From: a virus
IMG/VR virus record: IMGVR_UViG_3300014834_000367
Coordinates: 33,764 to 97,763 of that record
Strand: one strand, 5' to 3'
DNA: 64,000 nt
The position numbers and the translations under genes were made by a program. A model generated the notes under the pieces. The model worked only from the letters and a program-made list of their open reading frames with translations. It was not told the origin of the DNA and ran no database searches. Below, piece by piece: positions 1 through 10,255 of the stretch (its first letter is position 1; each line of letters starts with the position of its first letter).

Positions 1-1
1 A

Positions 2-1522
2 AATTTTGAGCCAATATATTCTCCACATGCTCCGCTCAACCCACAGTTAGATCAACATTGGTTTGATAAATCTGTTTCCAAGATGAAGGTCTGGACTGGC
101 ACAAAATGGCAAGATAAGCTTCGCCTTTTTGCTGGCATATATCAATCATCTGGTTCAGTAACATTATTTGTTAATTCTTCAACTGCGGGATCTGATTACT
201 CAGCTGAGACTAATGGTGGTTATATTTTACGTGATTATGATGGCCGCCCAATCAGATTGGCCACTGGCGAATTTTTAACCACAGACACTGATATTAAAGT
301 TTCAGCTTACTTGTCTCAAGCTGTTACAAAACCATCTGCACAGTTTTTAGATGTTTCCGCCGCAGAATATATTCCACGTTTTTCTATTGTGGCTCTTTCA
401 TCACCCAATAAAGTAGTTTTAGCAAGTTCTAATCCTTCAGATTATAAAAAACCAGTTGGGATAGTTACGGTAGATTTGATTCCTGGTGAAGTGACCTCAA
501 TGATATTTGAGGGAGTTATAGTTAACCCACTATGGAATTTTTCAAACAGCGCTCTAGGAGAACCATTATTTTGTGACCCTACTGGCCAATTAACATTATC
601 TAGACCAATAACTGATATATCCTTTAGGGTTGGAACAGTTCTTGGACCTAATATTATTCGTGTTTTGATAGAAGATGATTTAACGGGATTGGTTCAAAGA
701 ACCGCAACATTCGTAGTTAAATACTTGGACGATCTGTTAGACGTCACCGCAACTACGAGTCCAATAGATCAGCAAGTTTTAGCTTTTTATACAGCCACCA
801 ATCAATGGCAACCGCTTACTCTGCCAAAAACAGAATATCTCGACGATCTGCTTGATGTAACCGCCACAAATACCGCGTTAGATCAACAAGTTTTAACATT
901 CTCAACATTGACTCAGCAATGGCAACCAGCTTCTGTGCCAATGGTTGAATATTTGGAACAGCTGCTTGATGTCACAGGTACTACTAGTCCATTAGATCAG
1001 CAAGTTTTAACATTTTCTACAGCATCTGGCCAATGGCAGCCAGCGGAAGTTCCAAGAACCGAATATTTAGATGATTTACTTGATGTTACTATAGATGAAG
1101 AAACGCTTGAAGCAGGCAATGCACTAATCTATGATGGCGTAGAATGGAAAAATAAAAAGTTTGACTTTTACGATATTGCATGTTTTATCGAGAGTAAGCC
1201 GACATCAAGCACCACGTTATTATCATTTGTTGCGCCAAGGTCATTTGACTTTTTACCAAGTTTCACGAATTCACAAGCCGTTTCACTCGTGGCGCCTTCA
1301 TCAAATTATGTTTTAACGATAAAGAAAAATCTTGAATCAATAGGTTTTGTAACTTTCGAAGCTTCTTCATCAACTGGAAATGTATCAATTATTCCAGAAT
1401 CAGAAGATGCTACGTTATTATCATTTAATTTTGGCGACGTCTTAACAATACATTCTCCACCAGCAGTGGATACTACAATTCAAGATATCGCGATAACACT
1501 TATAGCTAAAACAATACTTTAA
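2..1522 (+). CDS. Virion structural / tail-fibre-like protein, 5'-truncated by the window edge
   Basis: Frame is open from base 2 (NFEPIYSPHAP...QHWFDKSVSKMKVW). Contains about four 38-aa repeats EYLDDLLDVT...DQQVL.F...QWQP typical of phage fibres. Confidence 0.7.
   Translation, partial: NFEPIYSPHAPLNPQLDQHWFDKSVSKMKVWTGTKWQDKLRLFAGIYQSSGSVTLFVNSSTAGSDYSAETNGGYILRDYDGRPIRLATGEFLTTDTDIKVSAYLSQAVTKPSAQFLDVSAAEYIPRFSIVALSSPNKVVLASSNPSDYKKPVGIVTVDLIPGEVTSMIFEGVIVNPLWNFSNSALGEPLFCDPTGQLTLSRPITDISFRVGTVLGPNIIRVLIEDDLTGLVQRTATFVVKYLDDLLDVTATTSPIDQQVLAFYTATNQWQPLTLPKTEYLDDLLDVTATNTALDQQVLTFSTLTQQWQPASVPMVEYLEQLLDVTGTTSPLDQQVLTFSTASGQWQPAEVPRTEYLDDLLDVTIDEETLEAGNALIYDGVEWKNKKFDFYDIACFIESKPTSSTTLLSFVAPRSFDFLPSFTNSQAVSLVAPSSNYVLTIKKNLESIGFVTFEASSSTGNVSIIPESEDATLLSFNFGDVLTIHSPPAVDTTIQDIAITLIAKTIL
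719..1150 (+). repeat. Degenerate ~114-bp tandem coding repeat (38 aa, about 4 copies)
   Basis: YLDDLLDVT / YLDDLLDVT / YLEQLLDVT / YLDDLLDVT spaced 38 aa apart. Confidence 0.85.
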
Positions 1523-1578
1523 TTATGGTTTAATACTTAATTTCCATCAATAAACAACTTAAATAGAATAAAATTATC

Positions 1579-1977
1579 ATGACACCTGAAAATATATTAA
1601 CATCAACAATAAATTCGCTAGCCGTGATATCTTCCGACGAATTTCTTGGCTTCTTTGTAATTTTCTTATTAATCATTTTTGTGTACGCTTTCTGGAAAGC
1701 ACAGAAAGCTCAAAAACTTGATTGGACAGACATAATTACTAAGCCAAATACAAATGAAGTCTCATTGACAAAAATTTTACAATTTGTTGGTGGCATAGTT
1801 GCAACATGGATCATGATAAAGCTGACGTTGTCAGAAAAGATGACATGGGATTTATTTGCAATATATCTAGCATATGTTGCATCAATTGAGGGTTACAGTA
1901 AATTCATTTTAGCTCGCTACTATGGCAACAATGAACAGAAAAACAAAAATATTGAAAAAACTGAAAGCTCTGAATAA
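1579..1977 (+). CDS. Small three-TM membrane protein (holin-like)
   Basis: Three hydrophobic segments and a charged C-terminus. Confidence 0.45.
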   Translation: MTPENILTSTINSLAVISSDEFLGFFVIFLLIIFVYAFWKAQKAQKLDWTDIITKPNTNEVSLTKILQFVGGIVATWIMIKLTLSEKMTWDLFAIYLAYVASIEGYSKFILARYYGNNEQKNKNIEKTESSE

Positions 1978-2015
1978 AACTGTTATAAAATTATAAATCA
2001 TACAAGGATCTATAC

Positions 2016-2453
2016 ATGAAAGATGCCCGAATTAAGCGTGCAGGAATTATTCCATTTGTGTTCAATGATGATGGTGTCGTTGAAATGTATTTCATGAAAC
2101 CATCAACCCCACATTTTGGTGGCGACCGTTTTCAGATTGCTAAAGGCAAAATAGAAGATGGTCTTTCAGAATTGGAAACAGCCATCAAGGAAGGCCATGA
2201 AGAGCTTGGCCTCAAAAAATCAAACTTCTGTTCACCTGTGCATAAGCTCGGAACATTCATGCACGGAATAACAATTTTCTTCGTTCAAGTAAAATCACAA
2301 TATGATTTTGATGATCCTCATTTTGAAACTGGCGAAACTCGCTGGATGACTGCTGAACAATTTGAACGCGAAGGCCGAGAGCTTCATCGTCATGTTGTTG
2401 ATTTTGCTCATCAAAAAATTTTAAAAATTTATGAAAAGGAGTATCAAGGATGA
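2016..2453 (+). CDS. Nudix hydrolase
   Basis: Nudix box variant KGKIEDGLSELETAIKEGHEELG. Confidence 0.85.
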   Translation: MKDARIKRAGIIPFVFNDDGVVEMYFMKPSTPHFGGDRFQIAKGKIEDGLSELETAIKEGHEELGLKKSNFCSPVHKLGTFMHGITIFFVQVKSQYDFDDPHFETGETRWMTAEQFEREGRELHRHVVDFAHQKILKIYEKEYQG

Positions 2454-2674
2454 ATGCAGTTGTTTGGTCAAAACCAAATTGCCCCCAATGTGAACAAGCT
2501 AAGACCTTGTTGAAAATGAAACATGTTCCATTTGAAGAAAGAAAAATCGGAGATGGTTGGACTGTAGATCAACTAAAACAACTTGTGCCAGATGCTAAAT
2601 CTGTTCCACAAATTTTTATCAATAACGAACATATTGGCGGCTATCAACAACTTCAGAAGTTATTCATTCTGTAA
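2450..2674 (+). CDS. Glutaredoxin
   Basis: CPQC, SVPQIFI and IGGY motifs. Confidence 0.92.
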   Translation: MNAVVWSKPNCPQCEQAKTLLKMKHVPFEERKIGDGWTVDQLKQLVPDAKSVPQIFINNEHIGGYQQLQKLFIL

Positions 2675-2825
2675 TATTAAAGAAGTTATATTTAAGCTAA
2701 ATTATTTTTCATAAATAGGTCGTCCCCACAAAAACAAATTATTTTAGATTAGCAAATAATCTTGGGCAGTTGGGGGAAATATGATACAATATGCGTATCA
2801 TTAATTTATTCTCAATGGAGATTCT

Positions 2826-4076
2826 ATGAAAATTGCAGTGCTACTAGGTCGTGGCGTTGAAGGCTGCGGAGTTACACAGTGCGCAGTTCAACTGCAGAAA
2901 GTAACAGGCGCAACAATTTTTGCTACGTCAGATCATAAATGGCCACGAGCTAAAGGTATTGAATTTCCACATACATTGTTTAAAGCTGCAGATTTATCAG
3001 CATGCCAAGATGTTCAACGGCAGCTCGCCGAAATGGATTTAGTTGTCGTATATTCTGTTCCGTCTATATCGCACCCAGTTGAATGCCAAGACAATTTCGT
3101 AACCTTAGTTGAAAATTTAAATGTTCGAAAAGTCCTGATTAACGTTGACCACAAAAATGCCTCCATCATTCGCAATGCCAAGCTGAAAGAAATCTGTCAA
3201 GCGATGGATGTTCTAATGACACACTCACTTGATAATGATTTTTGCCGTTGGGCCAAAAAGAATGATGTCACAACTAACATCGTTAAAATGGGTTTAGGCT
3301 TTGACTTTGATGGTCATCGTGCCAAGTATTGGAAGCCAATCGAGCAACAAAATGACATGGTCATTCGTTGGATCGGGCGCAGCACTGGTTGGAAAGGTCC
3401 AGATATTATTCTAGATTTGGCTGATGAATATCTCCATGAGCGTGGTTTCATTACAATTCTTGAAGGTCTTGAAGCCAGTATTGGTTACCCGTTTGTTTTG
3501 TATCGCGATGTTAAAAAATTGGCCGGCCGCCGGAAAGTTATGAATTATTTCCGACCAGAAAAAGGTTTGGACAATGTAGAAAAATTTAATAAATCGATGC
3601 ACGGGCAAGAAAAAGTAGGTGTTGGTTCATACTTATATCCTCCATATGTTAACACAGAATGTATGGAAAGGATGTCATTGTCTGCGTTCGGTTCTGATCT
3701 ATATCATCTACCGGCACAGATGTATGGAAACAATATTGAAAATTGTCATGCTGAAGTTATTGCCTCAGGCGCAATTCCTATTTTCCATAAGCACTTTGGT
3801 GACAATGTTGTTCACGCAAAACAAGGTGATCCAATTAGCCAGTGTAAAAATACCGGTACAATTTTGCTTGATACAACTAATTTTGCTGAAGTTGCTGAAC
3901 AGTTAGAAAAATTGGCAAAAGATCGTGGATTACGTGATGAATGGCGCGAAATGGCGTTTTCATTCTGGAAACAACACGCGAATGCCGATGAGATCGTGAA
4001 AGAAATTCTTGAGCTCGCCTTTGTAAAAAGCGATACTAAAAATCAAAGCCGTCAGGCGAGTTTATTACAGTATTAA
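2826..4076 (+). CDS. DNA alpha-glucosyltransferase homologue (T4 AGT family, GT-B fold)
   Basis: N-terminal LGRGVEGCGVT, then YSVPS, DHK..S..RN, HS.DNDF and WIGR...WKG, all resembling T4 alpha-gt. Confidence 0.8.
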   Translation: MKIAVLLGRGVEGCGVTQCAVQLQKVTGATIFATSDHKWPRAKGIEFPHTLFKAADLSACQDVQRQLAEMDLVVVYSVPSISHPVECQDNFVTLVENLNVRKVLINVDHKNASIIRNAKLKEICQAMDVLMTHSLDNDFCRWAKKNDVTTNIVKMGLGFDFDGHRAKYWKPIEQQNDMVIRWIGRSTGWKGPDIILDLADEYLHERGFITILEGLEASIGYPFVLYRDVKKLAGRRKVMNYFRPEKGLDNVEKFNKSMHGQEKVGVGSYLYPPYVNTECMERMSLSAFGSDLYHLPAQMYGNNIENCHAEVIASGAIPIFHKHFGDNVVHAKQGDPISQCKNTGTILLDTTNFAEVAEQLEKLAKDRGLRDEWREMAFSFWKQHANADEIVKEILELAFVKSDTKNQSRQASLLQY

Positions 4077-4096
4077 GAAAAGAGGAGAAAATAAAA

Positions 4097-5044
4097 ATGA
4101 GAGTGTTTATTACTGGAATGGCAGGAATGATTGGTTTTCACCTGGCGCAAAAATTACAATCTGCTGGTCATGATGTTTATGGCATTGATAATTTTAACAA
4201 TTATTATGAACCACAGCTGAAACATGACCGCGATGCCATTTTGGCTAAAAAGGGTTTAAGGACTCATGTTGGTGATATTTGCGATGTTAATTTTGATGCG
4301 TTATTCAAATCTGCTGGCGTGCCAGATGTAGTTGTTCATCTAGCGGCGTACGCCAATCCACGCCATTCAATGGTTTCACCATGGGATTATATTAACACGA
4401 ACATTGGTGGCACTCAAAAATTGATTGAAGCTTGTGAACGCAATGGAATTGATAAAGTTGTTTACGCTTCATCATCATGTGTTATGCATGGCCAACCATT
4501 ACCATGGAATGAGACAGATCGACCAGGTTTACAAAACAATCCATACGGTTGGTCTAAGCGTAGCAATGAATGCCAATTTGGGCATTCCAAAATTGAAAAA
4601 ACAATTGGTCTACGATTCTTTACTGTTTATGGTCCATATGGTCGCCCGGATATGGCACTATTCCTTTTCACTAAAGGTATTATTGACGGTACGCCAATTA
4701 TTGCTTATAATAACGGTAACATGATTCGTGATTTTACGTATGTTGATGACATTGTTCAAGGTGTAGAAATTGTCGTCAACCATACGAATGTGATGCCAAA
4801 GAGTCATGAGATTTTTAATATTGGATATGGAAAACAAGTTCAGCTCATGGATTTCATTCAAAATATTGAAACCGTCGTTGGTAAAAAAGCAATCATTGAT
4901 TATCGCCCAGCACACCCAGCTGATGTTCCGGCAACATGGTCAGACACCAGCAAGCTGCAAGCGTTAGGCTATAAACCAACAACTCCGACAACAGAAGGGA
5001 TTGAACATTTCATCAAATGGTACAGGGGCTATTACAATGTATAA
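4097..5044 (+). CDS. UDP-glucuronate 4-epimerase-like NAD-dependent epimerase
   Basis: ITGMAGMIG, YASSS, YGWSK, LRFFTVYGPYGRPDMA, RDFTYVDDIV. Confidence 0.88.
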   Translation: MRVFITGMAGMIGFHLAQKLQSAGHDVYGIDNFNNYYEPQLKHDRDAILAKKGLRTHVGDICDVNFDALFKSAGVPDVVVHLAAYANPRHSMVSPWDYINTNIGGTQKLIEACERNGIDKVVYASSSCVMHGQPLPWNETDRPGLQNNPYGWSKRSNECQFGHSKIEKTIGLRFFTVYGPYGRPDMALFLFTKGIIDGTPIIAYNNGNMIRDFTYVDDIVQGVEIVVNHTNVMPKSHEIFNIGYGKQVQLMDFIQNIETVVGKKAIIDYRPAHPADVPATWSDTSKLQALGYKPTTPTTEGIEHFIKWYRGYYNV

Positions 5045-5924
5045 AATGAAAAAATTAACAATTGGTATCGTTGGTCATGGTTTTGTTGGAAAAGCTATTG
5101 ATGAAGGTTTTAAATCAACAGGCTTAACTAAAGTTATTGTCGATCCACGACTTGGCACAACAATTATAAATGATTTAGCTCCGATGGTGCCTGAAATTGT
5201 TTTCGTGGCGGTGCCAACCCCGATGGGAGATAATGGCAGTATAGATTCAAACATTATCGAGGATGTGGTTTACCAATTATCTAATCTCACATATAGGCCA
5301 ACTATCGTTATTAAGTCAACTGTAACGCCTCCTATTTTAGATAAACTTTCTAAATTGAGCGATAGAATTGTTTATAATCCTGAGTTTTTAACTGAAAGAA
5401 ATGCCGCACAAGATTTCATTAATGCTGAACTTCATGTGTTTGGTGGACCAGAGCATTTAGTTCATGAGGTATATGAAGCATATCGCGGCTTTTCTGTTTG
5501 TGAAAATTTGCGAAGAGAGAATGTAGTTTTTACTGATCTAAAAACTGCATCAATGATTAAGTACACCATGAATTCATTCTTGGCATTAAAAGTTTTATTT
5601 TTTAATCAGGTATATTCTGTATATAATGCAGTTAACGCGCAGGATTCTTGGGAAAACTTTATTGGTGCTCTCGCAAAAGATACACGAATTGGACCAACGC
5701 ATATGGCAGTTCCTGGCCCAGATGGTCGATATGGCTATGGTGGCGCCTGTTTTCCGAAAGATACTGCCGCGATGCTGAGAATGGCGAATCTAGCTGGCGT
5801 AGATTTTTCAGTGCTGGAAGCTGCAGTCATAGCTAATCAGGAGATTAGGTCGGCATATACTGATCTTGATTCACGCGAAAAAGAACAGAATGTCAATTTT
5901 AATATTTTTAAGAAATCAGCATGA
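5037..5924 (+). CDS. UDP-glucose 6-dehydrogenase family protein (short; lacks the C-terminal domain)
   Basis: GIVGHGFVG, VAVPTP, IKSTV, YNPEFL, GYGGACFPKD. Confidence 0.88.
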   Translation: MYKMKKLTIGIVGHGFVGKAIDEGFKSTGLTKVIVDPRLGTTIINDLAPMVPEIVFVAVPTPMGDNGSIDSNIIEDVVYQLSNLTYRPTIVIKSTVTPPILDKLSKLSDRIVYNPEFLTERNAAQDFINAELHVFGGPEHLVHEVYEAYRGFSVCENLRRENVVFTDLKTASMIKYTMNSFLALKVLFFNQVYSVYNAVNAQDSWENFIGALAKDTRIGPTHMAVPGPDGRYGYGGACFPKDTAAMLRMANLAGVDFSVLEAAVIANQEIRSAYTDLDSREKEQNVNFNIFKKSA

Positions 5925-6460
5925 CACCTAAAGAATATCGTTATCATAACTTTTACATGGACATTGCTCGTAATTGCGCGAGCATGTCTCATGCTTTACG
6001 TAAACAAGTTGGCGCCGTAATTGTTCGTGATGATAATATTATCTCTTATGGTTGGAATGGTACGCCGACCGGCCAGCCAAATGAATGTGAAGACAAGCAA
6101 TATATGCCAGATGAAACTATTTTTTCTAAGCAGCAGGAAGAAGAAACTTGGCCATATGTTGAAGAAAATCCCGATGGTAATTATAAACGTTATTCTCTTG
6201 TGACTAAGCCAACAGTTTTGCATGCTGAACTTAACGCAATTTGTAAATTAGCAAGAACCACCGGAAATAGTGATGGTGCAAGCTTATACGTTACATTATC
6301 GCCATGCCCAGAATGCGCCAAATTATTAATTCAGGCAAAAATCAAAAAAGTATTTTATCTTGAAAAGTATCGAGATACTGCTGGGATAGATTTACTTGAA
6401 AAATCAGGAATATCAGTGGTCAATTTATCAACAACAGATTTATCAGATTTTAATATATGA
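5921..6460 (+). CDS. dCMP deaminase
   Basis: HAELNAI and SPCPEC zinc motifs; GWNGTP. Confidence 0.92.
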   Translation: MTPKEYRYHNFYMDIARNCASMSHALRKQVGAVIVRDDNIISYGWNGTPTGQPNECEDKQYMPDETIFSKQQEEETWPYVEENPDGNYKRYSLVTKPTVLHAELNAICKLARTTGNSDGASLYVTLSPCPECAKLLIQAKIKKVFYLEKYRDTAGIDLLEKSGISVVNLSTTDLSDFNI

Positions 6461-7020
6461 ATCTCGCGCTAAACGCAGAAATGGAAAAAGTTAAAACGCA
6501 ATTTGGTAATTACGCCATCAAGTATGATGGCGTTTATCAACTTTCTGCCGAATTAATTCCAGAATTTTTAATGCTTGGCACACCTGTTTCACGTTTAACA
6601 GTTTATGATAAAAATAATGATATTGAAATTTTTAACAAATTATCGGATGAACAAATTTTAACAGCTACAGATGATGTGCCAAAAATTAATCTGGATTGGA
6701 AAATTCCAGAACCATTTTTATCACTTGATTTGCATGCATTCTTAATTGAAAAATTTTTAGAAAAACAAAATGAGTTTGAAAATAATTTAGATGATGCCGC
6801 ACTAAGATTGCAAAAAGAATTAGAAGAAATAGAAAAAAGAAATTTAACAAATCTTTTTAGAACCATCATATATGTTGTAGATGTATTCAACAAAAAAGAT
6901 GTACCGTGGGGAGTTGGTCGTGGTTCATCCTGCGCCTGTTTCATTTTATATCTTATTGGATTAAATCTCGTTAATCCTCTTGAATACGACATTCCTTTAG
7001 AAGAATTTTTCCACGATTAA
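6457..7020 (+). CDS. DNA polymerase III alpha (DnaE)-like fragment 1
   Basis: GVGRGSS...LYLIGL..VNPLEYDIPLEEFF matches the DnaE GPGRGS...FERFL segment. Confidence 0.8.
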   Translation: MNLALNAEMEKVKTQFGNYAIKYDGVYQLSAELIPEFLMLGTPVSRLTVYDKNNDIEIFNKLSDEQILTATDDVPKINLDWKIPEPFLSLDLHAFLIEKFLEKQNEFENNLDDAALRLQKELEEIEKRNLTNLFRTIIYVVDVFNKKDVPWGVGRGSSCACFILYLIGLNLVNPLEYDIPLEEFFHD

Positions 7021-7049
7021 CCCAAAAATACAGTTTTGGCAAAAATCCC

Positions 7050-7057
7050 TATAAATA
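7050..7057 (+). promoter_or_regulatory. T4-type late promoter TATAAATA
   Basis: Exact TATAAATA in the intergenic gap. Variants occur near 25226, 28605 and 49881. Confidence 0.6.
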
Positions 7058-7106
7058 TAAGGGAGTGCAATTGTCATAAAATTTAGCCTATAAAAAATAT
7101 CCTTTA

Positions 7107-7412
7107 ATGGAGATAATCATAATGACCAGAAAAGTCAGATCAGCAAGAGGCGATGTAGTTGATTTTGATCTTCTCGCGATAACCCGCTCATTGGCAACCG
7201 CCCCGGCACCAATAAATGTGGAAGCTCGCAGAAAATTCATCGACGAAAAAGAAGGAATCAAAGTAATCAAAGGCGTACCTCTAAATCAAGCGGAAATTGT
7301 AGAATCACAAGAAGAAATGCCCGATGCTCTTAAAATGTCACTTGAAGCTGCAGAAAAATCTTCAGCTGCTGCCAAGAAGACAAAAAACGCTATTGAAAAG
7401 GATGAAAAATAA
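7107..7412 (+). CDS. Hypothetical phage protein
   Basis: ORF in an operon; true start probably MTRKVRS. Confidence 0.6.
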   Translation: MEIIIMTRKVRSARGDVVDFDLLAITRSLATAPAPINVEARRKFIDEKEGIKVIKGVPLNQAEIVESQEEMPDALKMSLEAAEKSSAAAKKTKNAIEKDEK

Positions 7413-7414
7413 TT

Positions 7415-7729
7415 ATGGCCGCTATACCTATTAGAAACAATATCTTATTCGCCTTTATGGATGACACCGCAGGTGGAAAATTTATTACCAAAACACGTTC
7501 TGGAATTCTTACGACAAATCAAGATGTTATGTCACAGCCAGGACCTCGTTGGGGTAAAGCACTTGCGGTGGGTCCAGAATGTACAGATGTTCGCAATGGA
7601 GATTTAATTCTAATTGAATCTTTAATGTGGACAAAAGGTTTTGAATATGATGAAGTTAAAATTTGGAAAACAGATGAAAGCAAAGTTTTAGCAGTCACCG
7701 ATCGAGCTGAGGACTGTTATCAGTTGTAA
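7415..7729 (+). CDS. GroES-like co-chaperonin
   Basis: PIRNNILF, TRSGIL, GKALAVGP..DVRNGD, ESKVLAV. Confidence 0.8.
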   Translation: MAAIPIRNNILFAFMDDTAGGKFITKTRSGILTTNQDVMSQPGPRWGKALAVGPECTDVRNGDLILIESLMWTKGFEYDEVKIWKTDESKVLAVTDRAEDCYQL

Positions 7730-7731
7730 TT

Positions 7732-8793
7732 ATGTTTTTTACATTTTTAACTTTCCTTGCTGCGTTTAGCATCGAGGCACTAGGCACTTATATTAGTGTT
7801 GTAGGTTTATCGAGCTTATTCGCTTCTAATCCAATAATTATTCTTTTGGCGGTGTCTCTAGACATTGGCAAAGTTGTTGCTGTGTCCTTCATATACAAGT
7901 ATTGGAAAAAGATTAATCTGTTGATGAAATCATATATGTTAGCAGCTACGATAGTGCTCGTCACAATAACGTCTGCTGGTGCATTTGGATTTTTATCTGG
8001 AGAATTTCAAAAAGCAATTGCCGGAAATAATCAACAGACAATTATAATCTCCGCGCTTGAAGAAGAAAAAATAAGACTTCAAAAACGTAAAGAAGAAATT
8101 GATAGCCAAATTGCGAGACTGCCAGAAAATAGCGTGCGCGGTAGATCAACATTGATGAAACAATTTGCGCCAGAAGTCAATAGATTAAATTCACGCTTGG
8201 CTGATATTGATGAAAAGTTGCCAGAATTAAAAGTAAAAAACATTGAGAAAGAAGTTAAAGTTGGCCCAATCATTTATGTTGCTGAGGCATTTGGCACTAC
8301 TCCAGAGCACGCAGTTAAATGGGTTATCTTAGTTATTATTTTCGTGTTTGATCCTCTTGCTATTGCACTGTTACTCGCTGGCAACTTTTTAGTAGAGAAT
8401 AGAAATAAGAACGAAGAAAAAACAGATAATGAGTCACCATTGCCAAAAATAATTCCAGATGAATATTCTCCGGAATCTAAAATAGAAAATGTAGTAGATT
8501 CCGTAGAATATAAACTTGATGAACTCGTTTCTGAAATAAATGATAAAAATATTCATGAAGAAGAATTGAAGACAGAAGAATTAATATTAGAGCCTGAGGC
8601 ACCCCAAGAAATGGAAATGCCAGAGCCAGAAAAAGTTGCTGAAACACCTCCGGCCAAATCAATTGTGCAACCCTCCATAGAAGATGGGCCACCAGCTATT
8701 AGCAAATCTCTAGAGAAAATTGATCATACGCGTGCCGATGTCAGTTTCAGCAACAACAGAAGATCTGCTGTTAGGAGCACGTATAAGCGTTAG
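7732..8793 (+). CDS. Membrane protein with coiled coil and acidic tail
   Basis: Three N-terminal TM helices, a coiled coil, and an IIFVFDPLAI TM segment. Confidence 0.6.
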   Translation: MFFTFLTFLAAFSIEALGTYISVVGLSSLFASNPIIILLAVSLDIGKVVAVSFIYKYWKKINLLMKSYMLAATIVLVTITSAGAFGFLSGEFQKAIAGNNQQTIIISALEEEKIRLQKRKEEIDSQIARLPENSVRGRSTLMKQFAPEVNRLNSRLADIDEKLPELKVKNIEKEVKVGPIIYVAEAFGTTPEHAVKWVILVIIFVFDPLAIALLLAGNFLVENRNKNEEKTDNESPLPKIIPDEYSPESKIENVVDSVEYKLDELVSEINDKNIHEEELKTEELILEPEAPQEMEMPEPEKVAETPPAKSIVQPSIEDGPPAISKSLEKIDHTRADVSFSNNRRSAVRSTYKR

Positions 8794-8865
8794 TATAGCG
8801 TTCCCTATGATTATGTTTTTGCTTTATGATATAATCAAACTATCCTCTTTTGATGGAATCTTACG

Positions 8866-9795
8866 ATGAAAAAGAATATGTTGTGGACCGAAAAGTATCG
8901 GCCCAAGAAAATTGCTGACTACATTTTCCATGATCAGAATCAGAAAAAACGATTTGAGAAGATGATCTCTGAAGGAGAAATTCCTCATCTTCTCCTTTCC
9001 GGCGTGCAAGGTTCAGGAAAAACATCACTGTCCGGAATTCTGGTCAATGAGCTAGGAATTGACCCAATTGATGTTCTTAGGATTAATGCGTCTGATGAGA
9101 AAACAGAATCACTGCGTGAAAAAGTTATCTCATTTGCACAGACATATGCCATGGGCAAAATTAAAATTGTCCAGCTTGAAGAAATGGATCAACTTCTTCC
9201 GGTGGCTCAAGCGCTATTGCGTTCTATTTTGGAAGACTATTCGGCTAATTGCAGATTTATTTGCACCTGCAATTATGAGAATAAAATCATGCCAGCACTC
9301 AAATCAAGAATGCAGCACTTTCATTTTTCTGCACCAGAGCATGATGATGTGATTATTCGCGCAGCTGATATTCTTGATGCTGAAGGTGTCACGTATGATG
9401 TTGACGTTTTAACAAAATATATTTCAGCTGGTTATCCAGATATTCGTAAAATAATCGTGCTGCTTCAACAAAACACGATTGATGGAGTTTTACAAGCAAC
9501 GAATACTTCAACTGAAGTTGCGGATTTTAAATTGCAGCTCATTGATCTTTTGAAAGAATCAAATATTCGTGAAGCACGAAAACTCGTATGTTCACAGGCA
9601 ACTCGTGATGAACTTGAAGATGTTTATACGTTTCTTTATAATAATGTTAATATTCTCAGTAATGATGTTGCTGTGCAAGAAGAAGCAATTGTTATTATCG
9701 CAAACTATCTATATAAACACTCTTTGGTCGCAGATCCCGAAATTAATATGGCTGCAGCATTCATTGAGCTCAATCAGGTGATTAATGGAAAATAA
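8866..9795 (+). CDS. Clamp loader AAA+ subunit (RFC/gp44-like)
   Basis: WTEKYRP, GVQGSGKT, INASDE, LKSR, PDIRK. Confidence 0.93.
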   Translation: MKKNMLWTEKYRPKKIADYIFHDQNQKKRFEKMISEGEIPHLLLSGVQGSGKTSLSGILVNELGIDPIDVLRINASDEKTESLREKVISFAQTYAMGKIKIVQLEEMDQLLPVAQALLRSILEDYSANCRFICTCNYENKIMPALKSRMQHFHFSAPEHDDVIIRAADILDAEGVTYDVDVLTKYISAGYPDIRKIIVLLQQNTIDGVLQATNTSTEVADFKLQLIDLLKESNIREARKLVCSQATRDELEDVYTFLYNNVNILSNDVAVQEEAIVIIANYLYKHSLVADPEINMAAAFIELNQVINGK

Positions 9796-10255
9796 ACGTG
9801 CTCTAGACATTTTTTCATTATTTGAAAAAATAAATGCTGGCGAGCATGACTTCTATGATAAACTTACAGCAGAAGAAAAGAAACAATTTTCTGCCCTAAT
9901 TTTCATGAGGTGGTTATCTGGTACAAACGATGCGTGTCAGATTGTGCTGTTGAATAATTTGGTTAATGAACACGTGTTCAATCTTGGCAAACACCCAAGC
10001 CTTTTATCAAAGCTATTGGTTGTCGCAACTACTCGTAAACAAAAAAGGTATCAGTGGTTAAAAGCTAATTCAAAAGCAGCTAAGACAGAAGAAAGGTTTA
10101 AAATACTTAACAGATACTATGGGCTATCGAGTAAAGAAGCTAAGCAGCAATTGGAACTGCTGAAAGCAGAAGATTATTTGGAACTAGCTGCTGAGCTAGG
10201 TTATCAAAAAGATGAAATTGAAAAATTGAGGAAGGAGTGTAATGCAACCATCTGA
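9785..10255 (+). CDS. Probable clamp loader small subunit (gp62-like)
   Basis: Overlaps the gp44-like gene; similar size; YYGLSSKEA motif. Confidence 0.6.
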   Translation: MENKRALDIFSLFEKINAGEHDFYDKLTAEEKKQFSALIFMRWLSGTNDACQIVLLNNLVNEHVFNLGKHPSLLSKLLVVATTRKQKRYQWLKANSKAAKTEERFKILNRYYGLSSKEAKQQLELLKAEDYLELAAELGYQKDEIEKLRKECNATI

